DNA of 64,000 bases, from contig NW_027271040.1 of the NCBI RefSeq assembly GCF_040938485.1, forward strand, positions 3,286,001 to 3,350,000. Direction: 5' to 3'. Shown here one piece after another: positions 28,421-41,814 of the stretch (position 1 is the first letter of the stretch; the number at the start of each line of letters is the position of its first letter). The DNA comes from Diadema antillarum (taxonomy: Eukaryota). Under the pieces are notes generated by a model, which searched no databases, was not told the origin of the DNA, and worked only from the letters and a program-made list of their open reading frames with translations. Made by a program: the position numbers and the translations under genes.

Positions 28421-30066
28421 ATCAAAACATTGGTACAACTTCATAAAGATAAACTTCTACTCACACACTCTTGAGATTCTCTCTAAATGTATGTGCCATT
28501 GCATTTGCTATATTTTATCATGATGGTAGAATCAGCTTAATTATATCTAAACAACTTATGTTAAAATCTTATCTTTAAATGCGATAAAAAGAAACAACAC
28601 ACCTGCTTAATTGGCCTCACTACCCTTGATGATAGTGCTGTGTTATCACCGATCAGAATATTGCACCTGCTAATTGTAAACAAGTTATTAGAATCTTGTT
28701 GTGGCCTGGGAAACTTGGGGCATGGTCGTATCAGGTTTATATTCAGGTACCAGATATTACTAACCAAACTGTCCCCTTTAAAATCCACGAAAAAAAATAC
28801 ACTACAGGACTTTGCTCAGACACATAAAACTTGACTTATATTTCAACATACCTTCAGCATACTAAATTACCAAACATTTGTTACAGAATCAATCTTATAA
28901 CAGCTACACTCAACAAGTCAATTGTTGAATACAATAAATTGTGGATCATGATGAATCTGAAAACAGGCAATGGCACTCTTTCCCCAATCACAGCTTCCTC
29001 AATTTCCTTCAAGTGTAATAGACAGGAAAAAATTAGGAATTCTGTGCCATCTATTGAGACATATCTCAGATTTCTCAGGTTTTAACTGGTACAGAATGGC
29101 TCAGTCGACGGAATCACTGGGGCTGTAAGAAAGACTACAACCACGGTCATTGTGTTACCAGGTAAGTAAATTTGCTCTCTTCCACCAGCTGCCCTAAACA
29201 AGCCTCTTGAGTGTCATGGAAGCCGCTGACTGATTAATAAGTTATATTTACTGTTAAGATGAAATAATCTAATAAAGCCTGCCACAAAGGCTAGAGCAAA
29301 CACACAGAGAAGACCAGCTTTTGGTCTGGTACCACATTGAGGCAGTTTCCAATCGGATATAACAATGGGTTGATAAGAAGATAGAGGTGTTTCTTCTCAC
29401 GATTCTGAAATTAGCCACATCATCTATTGCGCACCATATTTTATTTTTCTCACTGCCCTAGAGAGAATGCTTTTGTTTAGTGAATGTATTGATGTGTGTA
29501 TTATATGTGAAAGTGCATGTTTGCGTGTGTGAGTACATGATCTGATGTTATTACTACTGTTTTATTGACAAAAGAATCATAAGGAGTATAAAGTACTCAG
29601 CATCTAATTTCCATTGACAAGAACTCTCTTCTTTTCCTCCATACAGGCGGAGCCTTTTATTTATCTTTTAAAGACAATTTCAGTATTTCATTCCATTTTT
29701 GCAATTCTTCCTCTTTCTATTCCTTTTCTATCTTGCTGCATAAGATTGACTATATACTGTTAACTGCAGTAATTTGTCTTCACACATAAATCTCTTCATT
29801 ATCTCCAGCCCCAAGGGTGGAAAGACAGAAGGACGCCCTCTATAGTTAAAGAATTACACAGTTAGTAGTACGGCCTAATTCTAATAGTAATACTGTTGTG
29901 GTTGCAATTCTGGACCACCTTAGCACTGCCATATGAAGGTGTTCAAAATTGATATGTAATATAACATCACCCTTGTCAATGGAACCAAATCAGTTTCAGT
30001 GCAGTCACATCACTATCTGGGGAGCACTCTAAGCTTTGCACCCTTTTTCTTGCATTCACAAATAAA

Positions 30067-30633
30067 AGGAAAAGTTCACCCAAACATGAGTGAATTGAGT
30101 GAATGCAGTCTAATATTAGAACACATCAGTTAAAGTTTGAAGAAAATTGGACAATCTGTTCAAAAGTTATTAATTTGTGAAGTTCCAGTGCCACCATTGC
30201 TGGATGAGAAGACTACAAGGTTGTGGCATCACCGTGCACATGACAATGATATAAAGAAAATGTACACAGAATATCACAAAATTTAATTTTCTATGAAAAG
30301 TTCACATTTCCTCGACTTGTTACTGTAGGAACTACATGTTAAGGGTAATATTGTTGCCCCTGCCTTCTGACAGAGTTAAGTGCTCTTTCATTTTGCTAAA
30401 AAATATGAAGATATGTTGAATTCCGTTTAAAAATCCTTTAGATTATTGTCCTGCAGTGACATCACAGACTGTTGTAGTCTTTTTATCCAGCAATGGCAGT
30501 CCTGAAAAGTTCTTTAAAAATATATAACTTTTGAATGCATTGTCCAATCTTCTTCAAAATTTCACTGATGTGTTCTAATGATAGTGCTGCTTTCACTCTT
30601 AAATCCACACATACATTTGGGTGAACTGGTCCT
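30067..30633. mobile_element. Older relative of the 27020-27589 TTAA element
   Basis: AGGAAAAGTTCACCC ... GGGTGAACTGGTCCT|TTAA. It shares GAACACATCAG...AAGTTTGAAGAAAATTGGACAATC and GCTGGATGAG(A/G)AGACTAC with 27020-27589. Confidence 0.8.
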
Positions 30634-31196
30634 TTAAATCCAGCCATGATGACAGCCTACTTCCATCAGCCACCCTTTTACACACCTGATTAGAGATTAC
30701 ATTTGTGGATAGAATGTCTTATACAGAGGCATATGGGCCATGCTTGGTCAGCAAATAATTGTCTAGTGTTTTCCCGGTTTAAAAAGATCATGTTCGAATA
30801 AGCATTTGAATAAATGTTTTGGAAAAAAATACAATCTCCTTTAAAAAGTTCACCGCCAACATTTTGGGTGGAATACAAAATGTCACATATTTCAATACAT
30901 CAACTTTTGCAGGAAGTTGATTGTGAAAATGCTAAGCAAAGTTCTGAAATCTGTCAAGTATGAAATTGAATCAATTCTAGAACTACTGTACATGAACAAA
31001 TTACATGTCAAAAGCTGAAACAAAATCGAAGGATATCGTGCATAATTCATTTACTTTTCCATCAAAATGTATCCATCACAGGTATCACAATGACATATTA
31101 AGGTGTCTTATACTAAATTTATCAGCAGTAAAAACTATACTGATGCAAATACAAATATCTCTAAAAATACAGTTTTTTTAAAGGTCTATAAATTAA

Positions 31197-31281
31197 CCCT
31201 TTGAGGACGAGTCCCGAGTATACTCGGGCAGGTGTCTATGGAAATTGCATGTTGTAGCAAAATCAATCCATCTTCAACAGG
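31197..31281. mobile_element. 85-bp mini-MITE with TTAA flanks and CC termini (piggyBac-like); related copy near 21255-21335
   Basis: TTAA|CCCTTTGAGGACG...CATCTTCAACAGG|TTAA. The internal CCGAGTA(T/C)ACTCGGGCAGGTGTCTA palindrome is shared with the copy near 21270. Confidence 0.65.
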
Positions 31282-32589
31282 TTAATATCGACCGAACTAC
31301 TGTTTGATTCGAAAATGAAACTGCCATTGAATAGTTTTAAAAGGAATCATAAATTTTCACTTTTAAATTCATATTCTCAACTGAAATGATTATTTTGATT
31401 GCACTTTGATATGTCTTAATTTGTTCTTTTATTCTGTTCTTTTCTTTCAGCTCTTGGCTCTCTACTTTTCTATACTCGCGATACTGTACATTATATTTAT
31501 GCTTACTTGGGGTCAGCGATTCACAAGGCTTATTGCTCTTCTCTGTTGACCCCCATTCGAATGAACTTATGCATCGGTATTGTTCTCGTTGTTGTTTTTG
31601 TGTATGTGTGTATATTTCTTTTCAAGGTCATATTGCTTTATTTACATCTCCATTGTAGTTGTTTTCATTGTATTAATTGTTTGCTGTTTTTATGTCGAAT
31701 GTTGAACACTGAGAATTTTTAAAGGCACGATAACTGCTGACTGAAACAAAGCTTCATTTTCTAATTTCATGGAAAATTGTACAAAGACTTACGACATATA
31801 TCAGCTGAAATACAATTATGCTCTGCTTAATGAGAGAGAGGTATAATTTGATCAACCTTATTGTAATACTGCATGATTTCAAGCAAGGATAAATTACCTT
31901 TACTTTGAATTATAAAAACAATCACATTTGAAGTTACATTTGCAAAACATTACCTATCATACTATTGGGAATTATATTTAACCACTAAAAATTGCATAAT
32001 TGAAATGACATCCATACCAATTCTCATCTTGAAATGCATATGTAACAAAATAATTTGATAGTGAACAATTTTTCATCTTAACTTGTTTATTTAATCTACG
32101 ACACTTCAGTTGAGTTGGCATAGGAAAAAGAATATATCTACAGTAAATCTTATTCTAAGTAAAAATACTGTAAAAGCAGAAACATTTGCAGTACATTTGC
32201 AAATTTTGTGCTACTTTTGGTTAGCATGAATTCTATAACCCTAAAAAATATCTTTCATATTTCTTGACACGGCTTGAACTGTATGCTTCAAAATCATATT
32301 CTGTCTTTTCTGTGATTTGGATGAAAACATACGAGTAAGCATTTGTGCAGTGCAAATTCAATTGAACATGCAAATATATGTTTGAACCGCTCAATGAAAA
32401 AAAATGATAATAATTGTGAAAATATCAACATTTAAAGTATGTGCCTAATACTATACTTTTAGATTTTCTGACAGTAACTTTCTTCCGGGACTATTAATAT
32501 GGAATGTTTTATTCTCGCATCCTTTAATTATTTTTTTTTTCCTCTGATTGTGAGTACTGGAATGAGTCTTAGGAGTGTATCTTTGAAAA

Positions 32590-33120
32590 TTAAGTATAGT
32601 TTGAGACTTCAATTAAATTTTGATCTGGGTCCCTAAAGTATACAGATTTGATAGGGCCAACAGCTCCAGTCCGCATCACAGGGCCTTCCTCTATGCTGAC
32701 CCCACACTCCCCTAGCCGGGCCATCACATCTACGATAGGTGTGTTGGATATAAAGCAGAGATCAGCTGACCCTGGGGTGGGGCATGCCGCCTTGGGCTCA
32801 AACTCCTTGCCCGCCTGGTGGAGGTTGATCTTTTGGTTGCCAAAGCGGAGAGCCTTGCGCGTCTCTTTGAATGTGATCTCCTCCATGCCGAGAACACTGG
32901 TGTAGAAGCGAACGGTGGCAGCCATGTCTCTGACCGTTAAAACCAAGTGGTCAAGGTGGTCAATACGGATAGCTCCAGTGGAGGACATGTCTCTGGTATA
33001 TTTCTGAAGCAATGCCCTTAGACACTGCGGTGTAGTTGGAGCAACTGTAGACTTGTGGATATCCAACAATGGGTACCTTTTCAGCAAGTAACACACATTA
33101 GAGTTTATGCTTCTCAGCAT
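32590..33120 (-). CDS. GLOD5: Glyoxalase domain-containing protein 5-like (VOC superfamily), 176 aa, single coding exon
   Basis: Translation contains IDHLDHLVLTVRD..ATVRFYTSVLGME, ALRFGNQKINLHQAGKEFEPKA..PTPGSADLCF and GPV.RTGAVGPIKSVYFRDPDQNLIEVSNY, which are characteristic of GLOD5 and related VOC proteins. The acceptor TTTTCCAG lies just before the ATG at 33120, and AATAAA is at 32508-32513 (minus strand). Confidence 0.92.
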   Translation of the reverse strand: MLRSINSNVCYLLKRYPLLDIHKSTVAPTTPQCLRALLQKYTRDMSSTGAIRIDHLDHLVLTVRDMAATVRFYTSVLGMEEITFKETRKALRFGNQKINLHQAGKEFEPKAACPTPGSADLCFISNTPIVDVMARLGECGVSIEEGPVMRTGAVGPIKSVYFRDPDQNLIEVSNYT

Positions 33121-34286
33121 TCTGGAAAATAGCAAACCCAGGGAACACTTTCAATGGACCAACTTTGTACTATTATTTATGCACAGTGAACCAAGGCACA
33201 AGGATATTAGATAGGTTCCAAGAAACAGCTCATCCAGTCCACTTCTGGCTGCAGAGTTGGCCAGCCTCCTAACAACATTGAGACAAACAGGACAGAAACT
33301 CACTTTTCAGATCAACAAGATTCCATATGCTGTTCCACACAGTTCACAGCAGTTCCATTGCTTAGTCTTAGAGATGTTGCTACAACCATAGCCCTCATAT
33401 CATCATGGAGAGCTTCCAGGTTATTTTAGAAGATGTCTGTCAAGCAGTCTGAAATTTAGAAAATTTAGATGAGATACCATATACATTATACAAAGATGCA
33501 GAATGTTTTGCTGTCTAATCTATTAATGTTGAAGTAGTATACCTCACAACACAATAGTAAATAAAATCATTTGGTACGACAACAAAGCACCACCTACTTA
33601 TTTTCACAAGAACAAAAACTGCAAGTGTAGGCAAGGTCTGACTGTTTTTGGTTTACTAGAATAATTTACATCCATATATCACATTAGCCTCTGATATATG
33701 GATTCTTAATTTTTGAGAAAGAAATGGGTTAAGATGAGAACATAACACAAAGGCATGAAACTGTCAAAAAGTGAAAATTATTAATATTATTATACAAAAC
33801 AACATAAGCTTTCTAAAAGATGTTGCAAACTGTCAGGTCTTTATGCAACATGAATAAATTTTGTTGAAGTTGAACTCTCAAATACAATTGTGCTCTGTTG
33901 ATATGATTGAGAGTGATAAACGTAAATCTAACTGATAGAATTCTACAACACATATACTCCAATAAATCCTTAAATCAATCACAGAAGGATTCATTTTGTG
34001 TTGGTTTTCAGGTTCAGATGAAGAATCAACAATCTATTTTCACACAGATCAATCATACATGGACCTGTTCAAATGCATCAAGGGCCAAGGTAGAAGGTTT
34101 TGCACTGAATGTCACAACAGGCATTGTCTAATCACATCCATAGCCCAATCAATCAGGTAACAAATGAGATGTCACAATTCATTGTTATCCATACATTCAA
34201 TAGAAATTTGTGTTCACACTACTTACTTCAGCAACATGTGCAACTTAAATGCCAATGGATCATGACCAACTATTACTACATCAATA

Positions 34287-34475
34287 CAGTGCACTCTTAA
34301 AAAGAACACGGTTATAACAAAATTCTGGTTGCAACAAAGTAAAAATTCAGGCTGCAACAGTTTCCGCTTTATTTATAATAATTTCCACTGTTTACTTGTT
34401 TGCTTATAATGAAATTTCGATATAACAAAAGAAAACGGCTGGTCTTAAGGACTTCGTTATAACGGGAGTCAACTG
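34287..34475 (-). mobile_element. Tigger-type MITE copy (reverse orientation of the 15762 family)
   Basis: TA|CAGTGCACTC ... CTTCGTTATAACGGGAGTCAACTG|TA. Confidence 0.85.
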
Positions 34476-35292
34476 TAATGCAATGCAAGCACTGCCCCTC
34501 TGTGCTCCAAAGTTGGCAAAGAGAACTTGATGCAGCAATTTAATATATTTCAAAAGACATTATGATAAAGCTTCTGCATCTTTCTTTCTTTGTCTCAGAA
34601 CAGTAGAAAAGGTAATTACTGATTCTCACACTGAATAGCTAGGGCCTCTCATGCCTCAGGACATAATTCCATCTCATCACATAATTTGGACCTTTAAATG
34701 GGTTCCACATCTCAAGGATTCTCACCTTAGGGGCTACAGGTCTTGTTAATATATCCATGAATGGCCTTGGCATATCACAGCATTCATAAATTCTTCTTCT
34801 TCTTTTTTACGACTGCCCATCACATTTTCGTATTGTTCTTCTTTATTGCTTGATTTTCCCCAGTATGGAGAACTGCAAAGGTTGTGCAGGGTTATCTGCC
34901 AACACTTTTTTTCTCTCCTTCCAGTCTGAGAGGGTGATACAACAAGACCAGAGACAAGAGTTATTAATATAATAGTACAGCAGAATCCAACTTATTGAAG
35001 AGTGAATGAGCCTGGTAGGTAAAGAAAGCATTCACTGTACACTGATTCAGCTGTTGTGGTTAATGTGGGAGGATGTTGTTCGTCACATAGTTTTGGCCAC
35101 TTAGCCGACTAAACATTCATAATGATCCACCCAACAAGTGGATATGGATCATACAATGACAATGTTTCAGCAGTACCAGTGCCAGTGGCAGTAGTGTAAG
35201 GGAACATTGTAATGTGTAAACGGTTGTAACAGATTCGCCGAGAGAGGGCGGAAAAGATGTCGAAAGATGGCGACGGTCAACGGAGGACTTAC

Positions 35293-35770
35293 GTTGACGT
35301 TTGGGTACCGAAGACCGAATTAAAAGTGTTCGAAAGGCAATTCCCTGTCTGGTTCTAGTGTCATTCCCCGTTGTGCAAAGTTGTCCCCTTTCAGTAGGCC
35401 TACCGGTACGACTCGGCACGAGGCTACGTTACGTACATACTGAAGTGCCACCTGGACAACATACGCAAATATCGGTTTATGGGACTATACAAACATGCTA
35501 CTTCAACAACTGTACTGACTCTTGTGTATTACAATTCGATGTTAAATCGAAAGGAAAGCAAAAATCATGATGCTTCATCATATTTTTCATGTTTTCACAC
35601 GTTGGAAACCGTAAATTCACACTGGGAATAAAAATAGTGGCGCAGTTAATATTTACCCCGATCTAAATTCTTGCATTTTGGCACAAGTCCGGTCCAAGCA
35701 CACGACAGATCATGTGACGTTCGCTAGCAAATTTAATAGTGCGTCAGTACTGTAGAGGGCGCTATAAACA
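35293..35770 (-). promoter_or_regulatory. Putative CpG-rich promoter and non-coding first exon of the GLOD5-like gene
   Basis: CpG-dense segment in an AT-rich background; minus-strand donor C|GTAAGT at 35292-35287; MiT/TFE-type E-box TCATGTGAC at 35710-35718; CTCF-like core AGAGGGCGC at 35754-35762. A possible further UTR exon lies at about 33304-33450 (TTTCAG acceptor, GTGAGT donor). Confidence 0.45.
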
Positions 35771-35964
35771 TTGTCACAGTGTCACAGAATGCAGCTGCTC
35801 CCACATGGGTTTTTGCACCCTAGGACCTACTCTGATTCATCGCTCGGGTGTTTGCCCGGGGTGTTTTAATGTGTGTTTGTTTTTAATCCAGTTTTTGCTG
35901 TAAAATCCTAATGATCATAATTTCTCATTCATCTACCACCGTATTTACATCTTTTAATGACATT

Positions 35965-38900
35965 CATGGGCGTCACCAGGGGGGGTGCGTTGGGTGCGAA
36001 CGCACCCCCCTTCAGATCCTTAAAAAAAAAAAAAAAAAAAAATCAGTCTGCGAGTGACCTCAACGCCGGACGCTTAATAATTATTCTTTTCTATTTTCTT
36101 TTTTATAGTTTGCACCAGGGACACACACACAAACACACACACACACACACACACAAAAAAAAAAGCTCGTCGGCAAAAACAATACGCACCCCTGGTTCTG
36201 GCAGCGCTGATTTTATACATATCTATCAGTATTCTACAGTGTTTACTATCTATCGACCGTACGGATCGGAGCACTTACTCAGTATACACGTTTGCATGTA
36301 CCTGTGCTACTTACAAGTATGTAGGGTCTATGTATTACTAAAACTGACCACATTGCCAGCCCAAGAGCGAGCCTTAGCCTCATTAAAAAAAAATAAAAAT
36401 GGAGGGGCAAGCATATTTTAGTTTTGCCCCCCCCCCCCCCCATAATTAATGATTCCCGAAATGAGAAGATTTTCTTGCTTTTGAAAGAAAAAAATGTTGG
36501 CCCCATAAAGATATTGGACGGCAAGCGCACCATTTGCCAACCCCACATAATCATAATTCCCGCGATGAAAAGATTTTCTTGCTTTATTGTTAGAATTCAA
36601 GAAATCTGTCCAATTATTTCACTCAAAAGCAGTGGCGTAACAATGGTAACTACGGAGGAGGGGGGGGGGGGTGCGCCCCCTTCCAATCCGCTGGTTAAAA
36701 AAAAAAGATTTACCGAAATAGTAGTTCAAGTGTTAGTAAACTGCATGCTTTTGAATGAAAGGGTGATCCAGAAATAAGATATTTTTCTATGATTTCCTTT
36801 AACCATAATTAAATAGGCATATAGCGTGAAACATTGTTCAAAAAGCCCGGACCCGACAAAAGATTGTGATTCCTGGTCGGCATTCTGCATATAAGCAGGA
36901 TGTGCGCAGTGTACTCAGTACATCCGAACGAAGAGTCGCTACAATGTTGCGCAATGTGATGTAGAATGTACACCTTTGTACCTTACGCTTCGTAATTATC
37001 AAAGCTAGATCATTGACTTTGCAGTGTTGCTTTACATACTAGTCTATATCAAAATGTCTTGCATTGCCAATAAAAAGACTTGACCTGGGGTAATTCCTAA
37101 CTTTTCCATGTATATAATACACACACACAAACAAACACGCACAATTAGTTTAGGGGATGCTCTGTAAAGTGCAGATTTTGGACATCCTTTCCCCGCTTGG
37201 TCACTTTGACGCCACCTCGCTGGTCATACCTCCCCCAGTCATGAACATAAACCCACACCCTTGACTACCACTGGATCTAGGGGGAGGGGCGCATCGGGCG
37301 TCCCCCCCCCCCCCTTTCATTTCCAAAGCGAAAAAAATAAATAAAATAGCTGCAAACGGCAGTTTTGGGACAGTAAAATGTCAAAATTTTCAAGCTCGCT
37401 CGCTCCTCTCGCTCGCATTTAGTCCTAATGCCATTCTCCTGAAGTTGCTGCCAGTAATTGCCGGCAGTCGCGCCTGGTGCGCCCCCCCCCCCCCTTAATT
37501 TCCAAAGCGAAAAAATATAGCTACAAACGGCAGTCTGGGGACTATAAAATGTCAAAATTTTCAAGCTCGCTCGCTCCGTTCGCTCGCATGTAATCTTTAT
37601 GCCATTCTTCTGATGTTGCTGCCAGTAATTGCCTGCAGTTGCGCCCGGTGCGCCCCCCTTAATTTCCAAAGCGAAGAATTAGTCCTAATGCCATTCTCCT
37701 GAAGTTGCTGCCAGTAATTGCCGGCAGTTGCGCCTGGTGCGCCCTCCCCCCCCCCCCCCCCCCCTTAATTTCCAAAGCGAAAAAATATAGCTAAAAACGG
37801 CAGTTTGGGGACTGTAAAATGTCAAAATTTTCAAGCTCGCTCGCTCCGTTCGCTCGCATTTAATCTTTATGCCATTCTTCTGATGTTGCTGCCAGTAATT
37901 GCCTGCAGTTGCGCCCGGTGCGCCCCCCCCCCCCCCTTAATATCGAAAGCGAAAAAATATGGCTAAGAACGGCAGTTTTTGGACTGTAAAATGTAAAATT
38001 TTCAAGCTCGCTCGCTCGCATTTTATTGTTATGCAATTCACCTAATGTTGCTGCCAGTAATTGCCAGCAATTCCGCCCGGTGCCCATCCCCCTTAATTTC
38101 CAAATCGAAAAAATATGGCTAAGAATGGCAGTTTTTGGACTGTAAAAATGTAAAATTTTCAAACTCGCTCGTTCCGCTCGCTCGAATGTAATCATTATGC
38201 TCTCCTGATATTGCTGCCAGTATTTGCCAGCAGTTGCGCCCGATGCGCCCCCTTCAATTCTAAAGCGAAGAAATATAGCTATACAAACGGCAGTTTGTTT
38301 GTTTTTTACTGTAAAATGTCAAAATTTTCAAGCTCGCTCGCTCGCTCGCTCGCTCGCATTTAATTATTACGCAGTTCTCCTGATGTTGCTGCCACTAAAT
38401 GCCGGCAGTTGAGCCCGGTGCGCCCCCCCCCCCCCCCCCACCCTCCTTTATTTCCAAAGCGAAAAAAATATGGCTCCAAATGGCAGTTTTGGGACTGTAA
38501 AATGTCAATATTTTCAAGCTCGCTCTCTTCGCTCGCTCGCAGTTGCGCCCGATGCGCCCCCTTCAATTCTAAAGCGAAGAAATATAGCTATACAAACGGC
38601 AGTTTGTTTGTTTTTTACTGTAAAATGTCAAAATTTGCGCCCGATGCGCCCCCTTCAATTCTAAAGCGAAGAAATATAGCTATACAAACGGCAGTTTGTT
38701 TGTTTTTTACTGTAAAATGTCAAAATTTTTCAAGCTCGCTCGCATTTAATTATTACGCAGTTCTCCTGATGTTGCTGCCACTAATTGCCGGCAGTTGAGC
38801 CCGGTGCGCCCCCCCCCCCCCCACCCTCCTTTATTTCCAAAGCGAAAAAAATATGGCTCCAAATGGCAGTTTTGGGACTGTAAAATGTCAATATTTTCAA

Positions 38901-40350
38901 GCTCGCTCTCTTCGCTCGCTCGCATTTAATTGTTATGCCATTCACCTGATGTTGCTGCCAGTAATTGCCAGCAGTTGCGCCCGGTGCGCCCCCCCCCCCC
39001 TTTAATTTCCAAAGCAAAAAAAATATGGCTACAAATGGCAGTTTTGGGACTGTAAAATGTCAAAATTTTCAAGCTCGCTGGCTAGTTCGCTCGCATTTAA
39101 TTGTTATGCAATTCTCCTGATGTTGCTGCCAGTAATTACCGGCAGTTGCGCCCGTTGCGCCCCCACCCCTCCTTTATTTCCAAAGCGAAAAAATATAATG
39201 GCTCCAAATGGCAGTTTTTGGACTGTAAAATGTCAAAAATTTCAAGATCGCTTTCTTCGCTTGCTCGCATTTAATTGCTATGCCATTCACCTGATGTTGC
39301 TGCCAGTAATTGCCAGCAGTTGCGCCCGGTGCCCCCCCCCCCCCCCTTAATTTACAAAGCAAAAAGATATGGCTACAAACGGCAGTTTCGGGACTGTAAA
39401 ATGTCAAAATTTTCAAGCTCGCTCGCTCCCCTCGCTCGCATGTAGTCGTTATGCCATTCTCCTGATATCGCTGCCACTAAGTGCCAGTAATTTGTCGTTT
39501 CACACCGTCATTCCATAATCCATTTATAGGGGGTACAACCCCCTCCGGCACTTCCACACCCTCCCCCCACCCTTGCTCGCTCCCTCGCATACTAACCCCC
39601 CCCCCACCCCCCCCCCCCCCCCCCCCAAGATGAAATCCTAGCTACGCCGGTGCCCTCTCCCCGCTTGGTTTCCCTTAAAGGTAGGGGATACCTTTTACAG
39701 ACCTCCCAAAATGCAGCAAAACATTAAATATGAACCTCAGGGGACTTGTTTAGGCCACTACTGAGAAATTTGGAAGTCAGCAGTTATCTACAATTTGAAT
39801 AATGCACAAAACTCAACTACTCAGTAGTTCTTTGTGTCAGCCACACTTAAGCCTTTTTGTTGCAGTCTTCTGTATTTTTTATCTATAAACACAAATCTAA
39901 AAGTATAAGAGCTGATGTAATAACAGAGTGTGTGGCAAGAATGTATATAGAAATTTTTGTAAGTTTTTATGAACTTTCTTCGCAAAATATACATGATGGA
40001 CACACATGCATTGCATGGGTCTGCAAAGGTAGCCTAGTAATGTACTGGAATTTACGGTGAGCCCCGAAAAAAATTCAATTCAAAATCTAACGGTCAATAA
40101 AAGTGTACTAAATGTTACCCTCCACTTTCAATACTTTATGGGAGTTTCTAAAATGATACTCTCTTCAACATACCATTGTATTTGTACAACTCTTCATTTG
40201 AGGCATGCAAATGGGATTCCCTACCTTTAAAAAAAACAGTAAAAGTCTAGGGATTGAGAGCTTCCTATAGTCTAAATATCTGTTAAAAAATCTCGTAAAC
40301 ATTTAGTGTCAAAACGCACCCCCCTTGAAAAAAAGCTGGTGACGCCCCTG
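35965..40350. mobile_element. 4.4-kb non-autonomous composite TIR element with a 5-bp TSD (ACATT)
   Basis: ACATT|CATGGGCGTCACCAG ... CTGGTGACGCCCCTG|ACATT (14/15 TIR match). AACGCACCCCCCTT occurs near both ends. No transposase ORF was seen inside. Confidence 0.75.
37300..39480. repeat. Tandem satellite, unit ~165-190 bp, about 14 units including partial ones
   Basis: Recurrent unit: poly-C, TTAATTTCCAAAGCGAAAAA, GGCAGTTT.GGGACTGTAAAATGTCAAAATTTTCAAGCTCGCTCGC, GATGTTGCTGCCAGTAATTGCC, GCAGTTGCGCCCGGTGCGCC. Unit starts are near 37320, 37499, 37663, 37768, 37940, 38097, 38259, 38452, 38567, 38657, 38835, 39006, 39178 and 39350. Confidence 0.93.
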
Positions 40351-40568
40351 ACATTGCGTGTTAGTTAGGATAGTTGTAACTTTTATGCCCTGCGATATGG
40401 TAGGTTTCAGGTTTAGAGAGGGGGATGTTCAAAAACATGTTCACTCCGAGAGCTGCCTACTAGTAACTACATCATACAATTGATTATACAATTATACAAA
40501 TGTAGATATTTTGGAAGACAGTTTATTTGTGTCTCAAAATCGGCTGACAAGCCCCCCCCAAAAAAAAA

Positions 40569-40613
<45 letters not shown>

Positions 40614-40681
40614 AACAAAAAAACAAGCAAACAAATAAACAAAGTTTTTTTTTTTCTGGTGCCACTTCTAGGGGTTAACCG

Positions 40682-40741
40682 GAAGAAGAAGAAGAAGAAG
40701 AAGAAGAAGAAGAAGAAGAAGAAGAAGAAGAAGAAGAAGAA
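40682..40741. repeat. (GAA)n microsatellite; (AAC)n tract nearby at about 40570-40613
   Basis: Direct reading; explains the poly-Phe, poly-Cys and poly-Ser ORFs. Confidence 0.97.
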
Positions 40742-41814
40742 GGTGGTCTGCTGCATGTTTTGGGTGCAACTTCCGGGGTTAGCCGGCTAACAAAATTCAC
40801 AGTTTTGATGCCACTCAGCTGCTGACAAGCAGCAAAGATAAACAACGAAAAGTCAAACCCTATATCTTTTGCAAAAGAGTGGAGGAGGGGCAAAATCAAG
40901 ATCCTTGTAAATCCACACACACAAAAAAAAAGAGTACGGGCCCCTTCAATCCCCCATGCATAATAATAGTCATGGGCGCTTTTTATTTTATTTCAGTGCG
41001 TTCCTTTTTCATACAATTAAGAATATAACAGAAAGCCAAACGAATAGAGTTATCGAGTAATATTCAAACAGTGAATTACATGGCTACAGGTAATATGGTT
41101 CCAGGCCTGTAACTATAGGAGAGGGGGGAGGTTTCAGGGGGTTCCGCAGAACCATTATCGTAAGCACATGCTTGACAAGAATGATGGCCCCACATTTATA
41201 CACATTATAATACAATCATCAAAGATAATCCAGTCTCCACTGGGGAAGACAGGTCCACCTGGACAGTACAGGCCTGTGTTGGAGTCAACCAGAATAATCC
41301 ACGCACCCCGGCGCCACGTTTTCAAAAGTTGGGGGGGGGGGGGCGCACTTCCAGGTTTCATGAGCTAAAAAGCAAAAAAAGAAAAAGAAAAAAAAAGGCC
41401 TTCATCAGCGCAACTTCTGGTGCCACTTCCGGGTTTCTTCAGGTGACAAACCAAAAGAAGAAGAAGAAGAAAAAAAAAAGTCTTCAGCATATCTTTTTCA
41501 TTCCACTTCCCAGTTGGGGTGGGGGGGGGGGGGGGACCAAAATGGTGACCTTATGTATTCCTCAGTATGGTTAAAAAAAAAAAGAAAGAAAATGGGGGCC
41601 CTTCCCCTGCCCCCACCTCCCGTTCCACCGGCCCTGTGATTCTCCACTATCCTATCATAAGCAGCTCTACTCTCACTCCTCTGATCATTCATCCTCTATC
41701 AGTATTATACTCTGCATATTACACATGTATCTTGAACTCATATCACTAACAATCCAATATCCAATATACTAGTACAACTTGTACTAATAAGTAGGACCTA
41801 TATTGCCCTACTTT

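Noticed and set aside
37277-39416. Cluster of repetitive ORFs (GGAPGATAGNYWQQ...)
   Set aside because: Translations of the satellite, with frames broken by variable poly-C runs.
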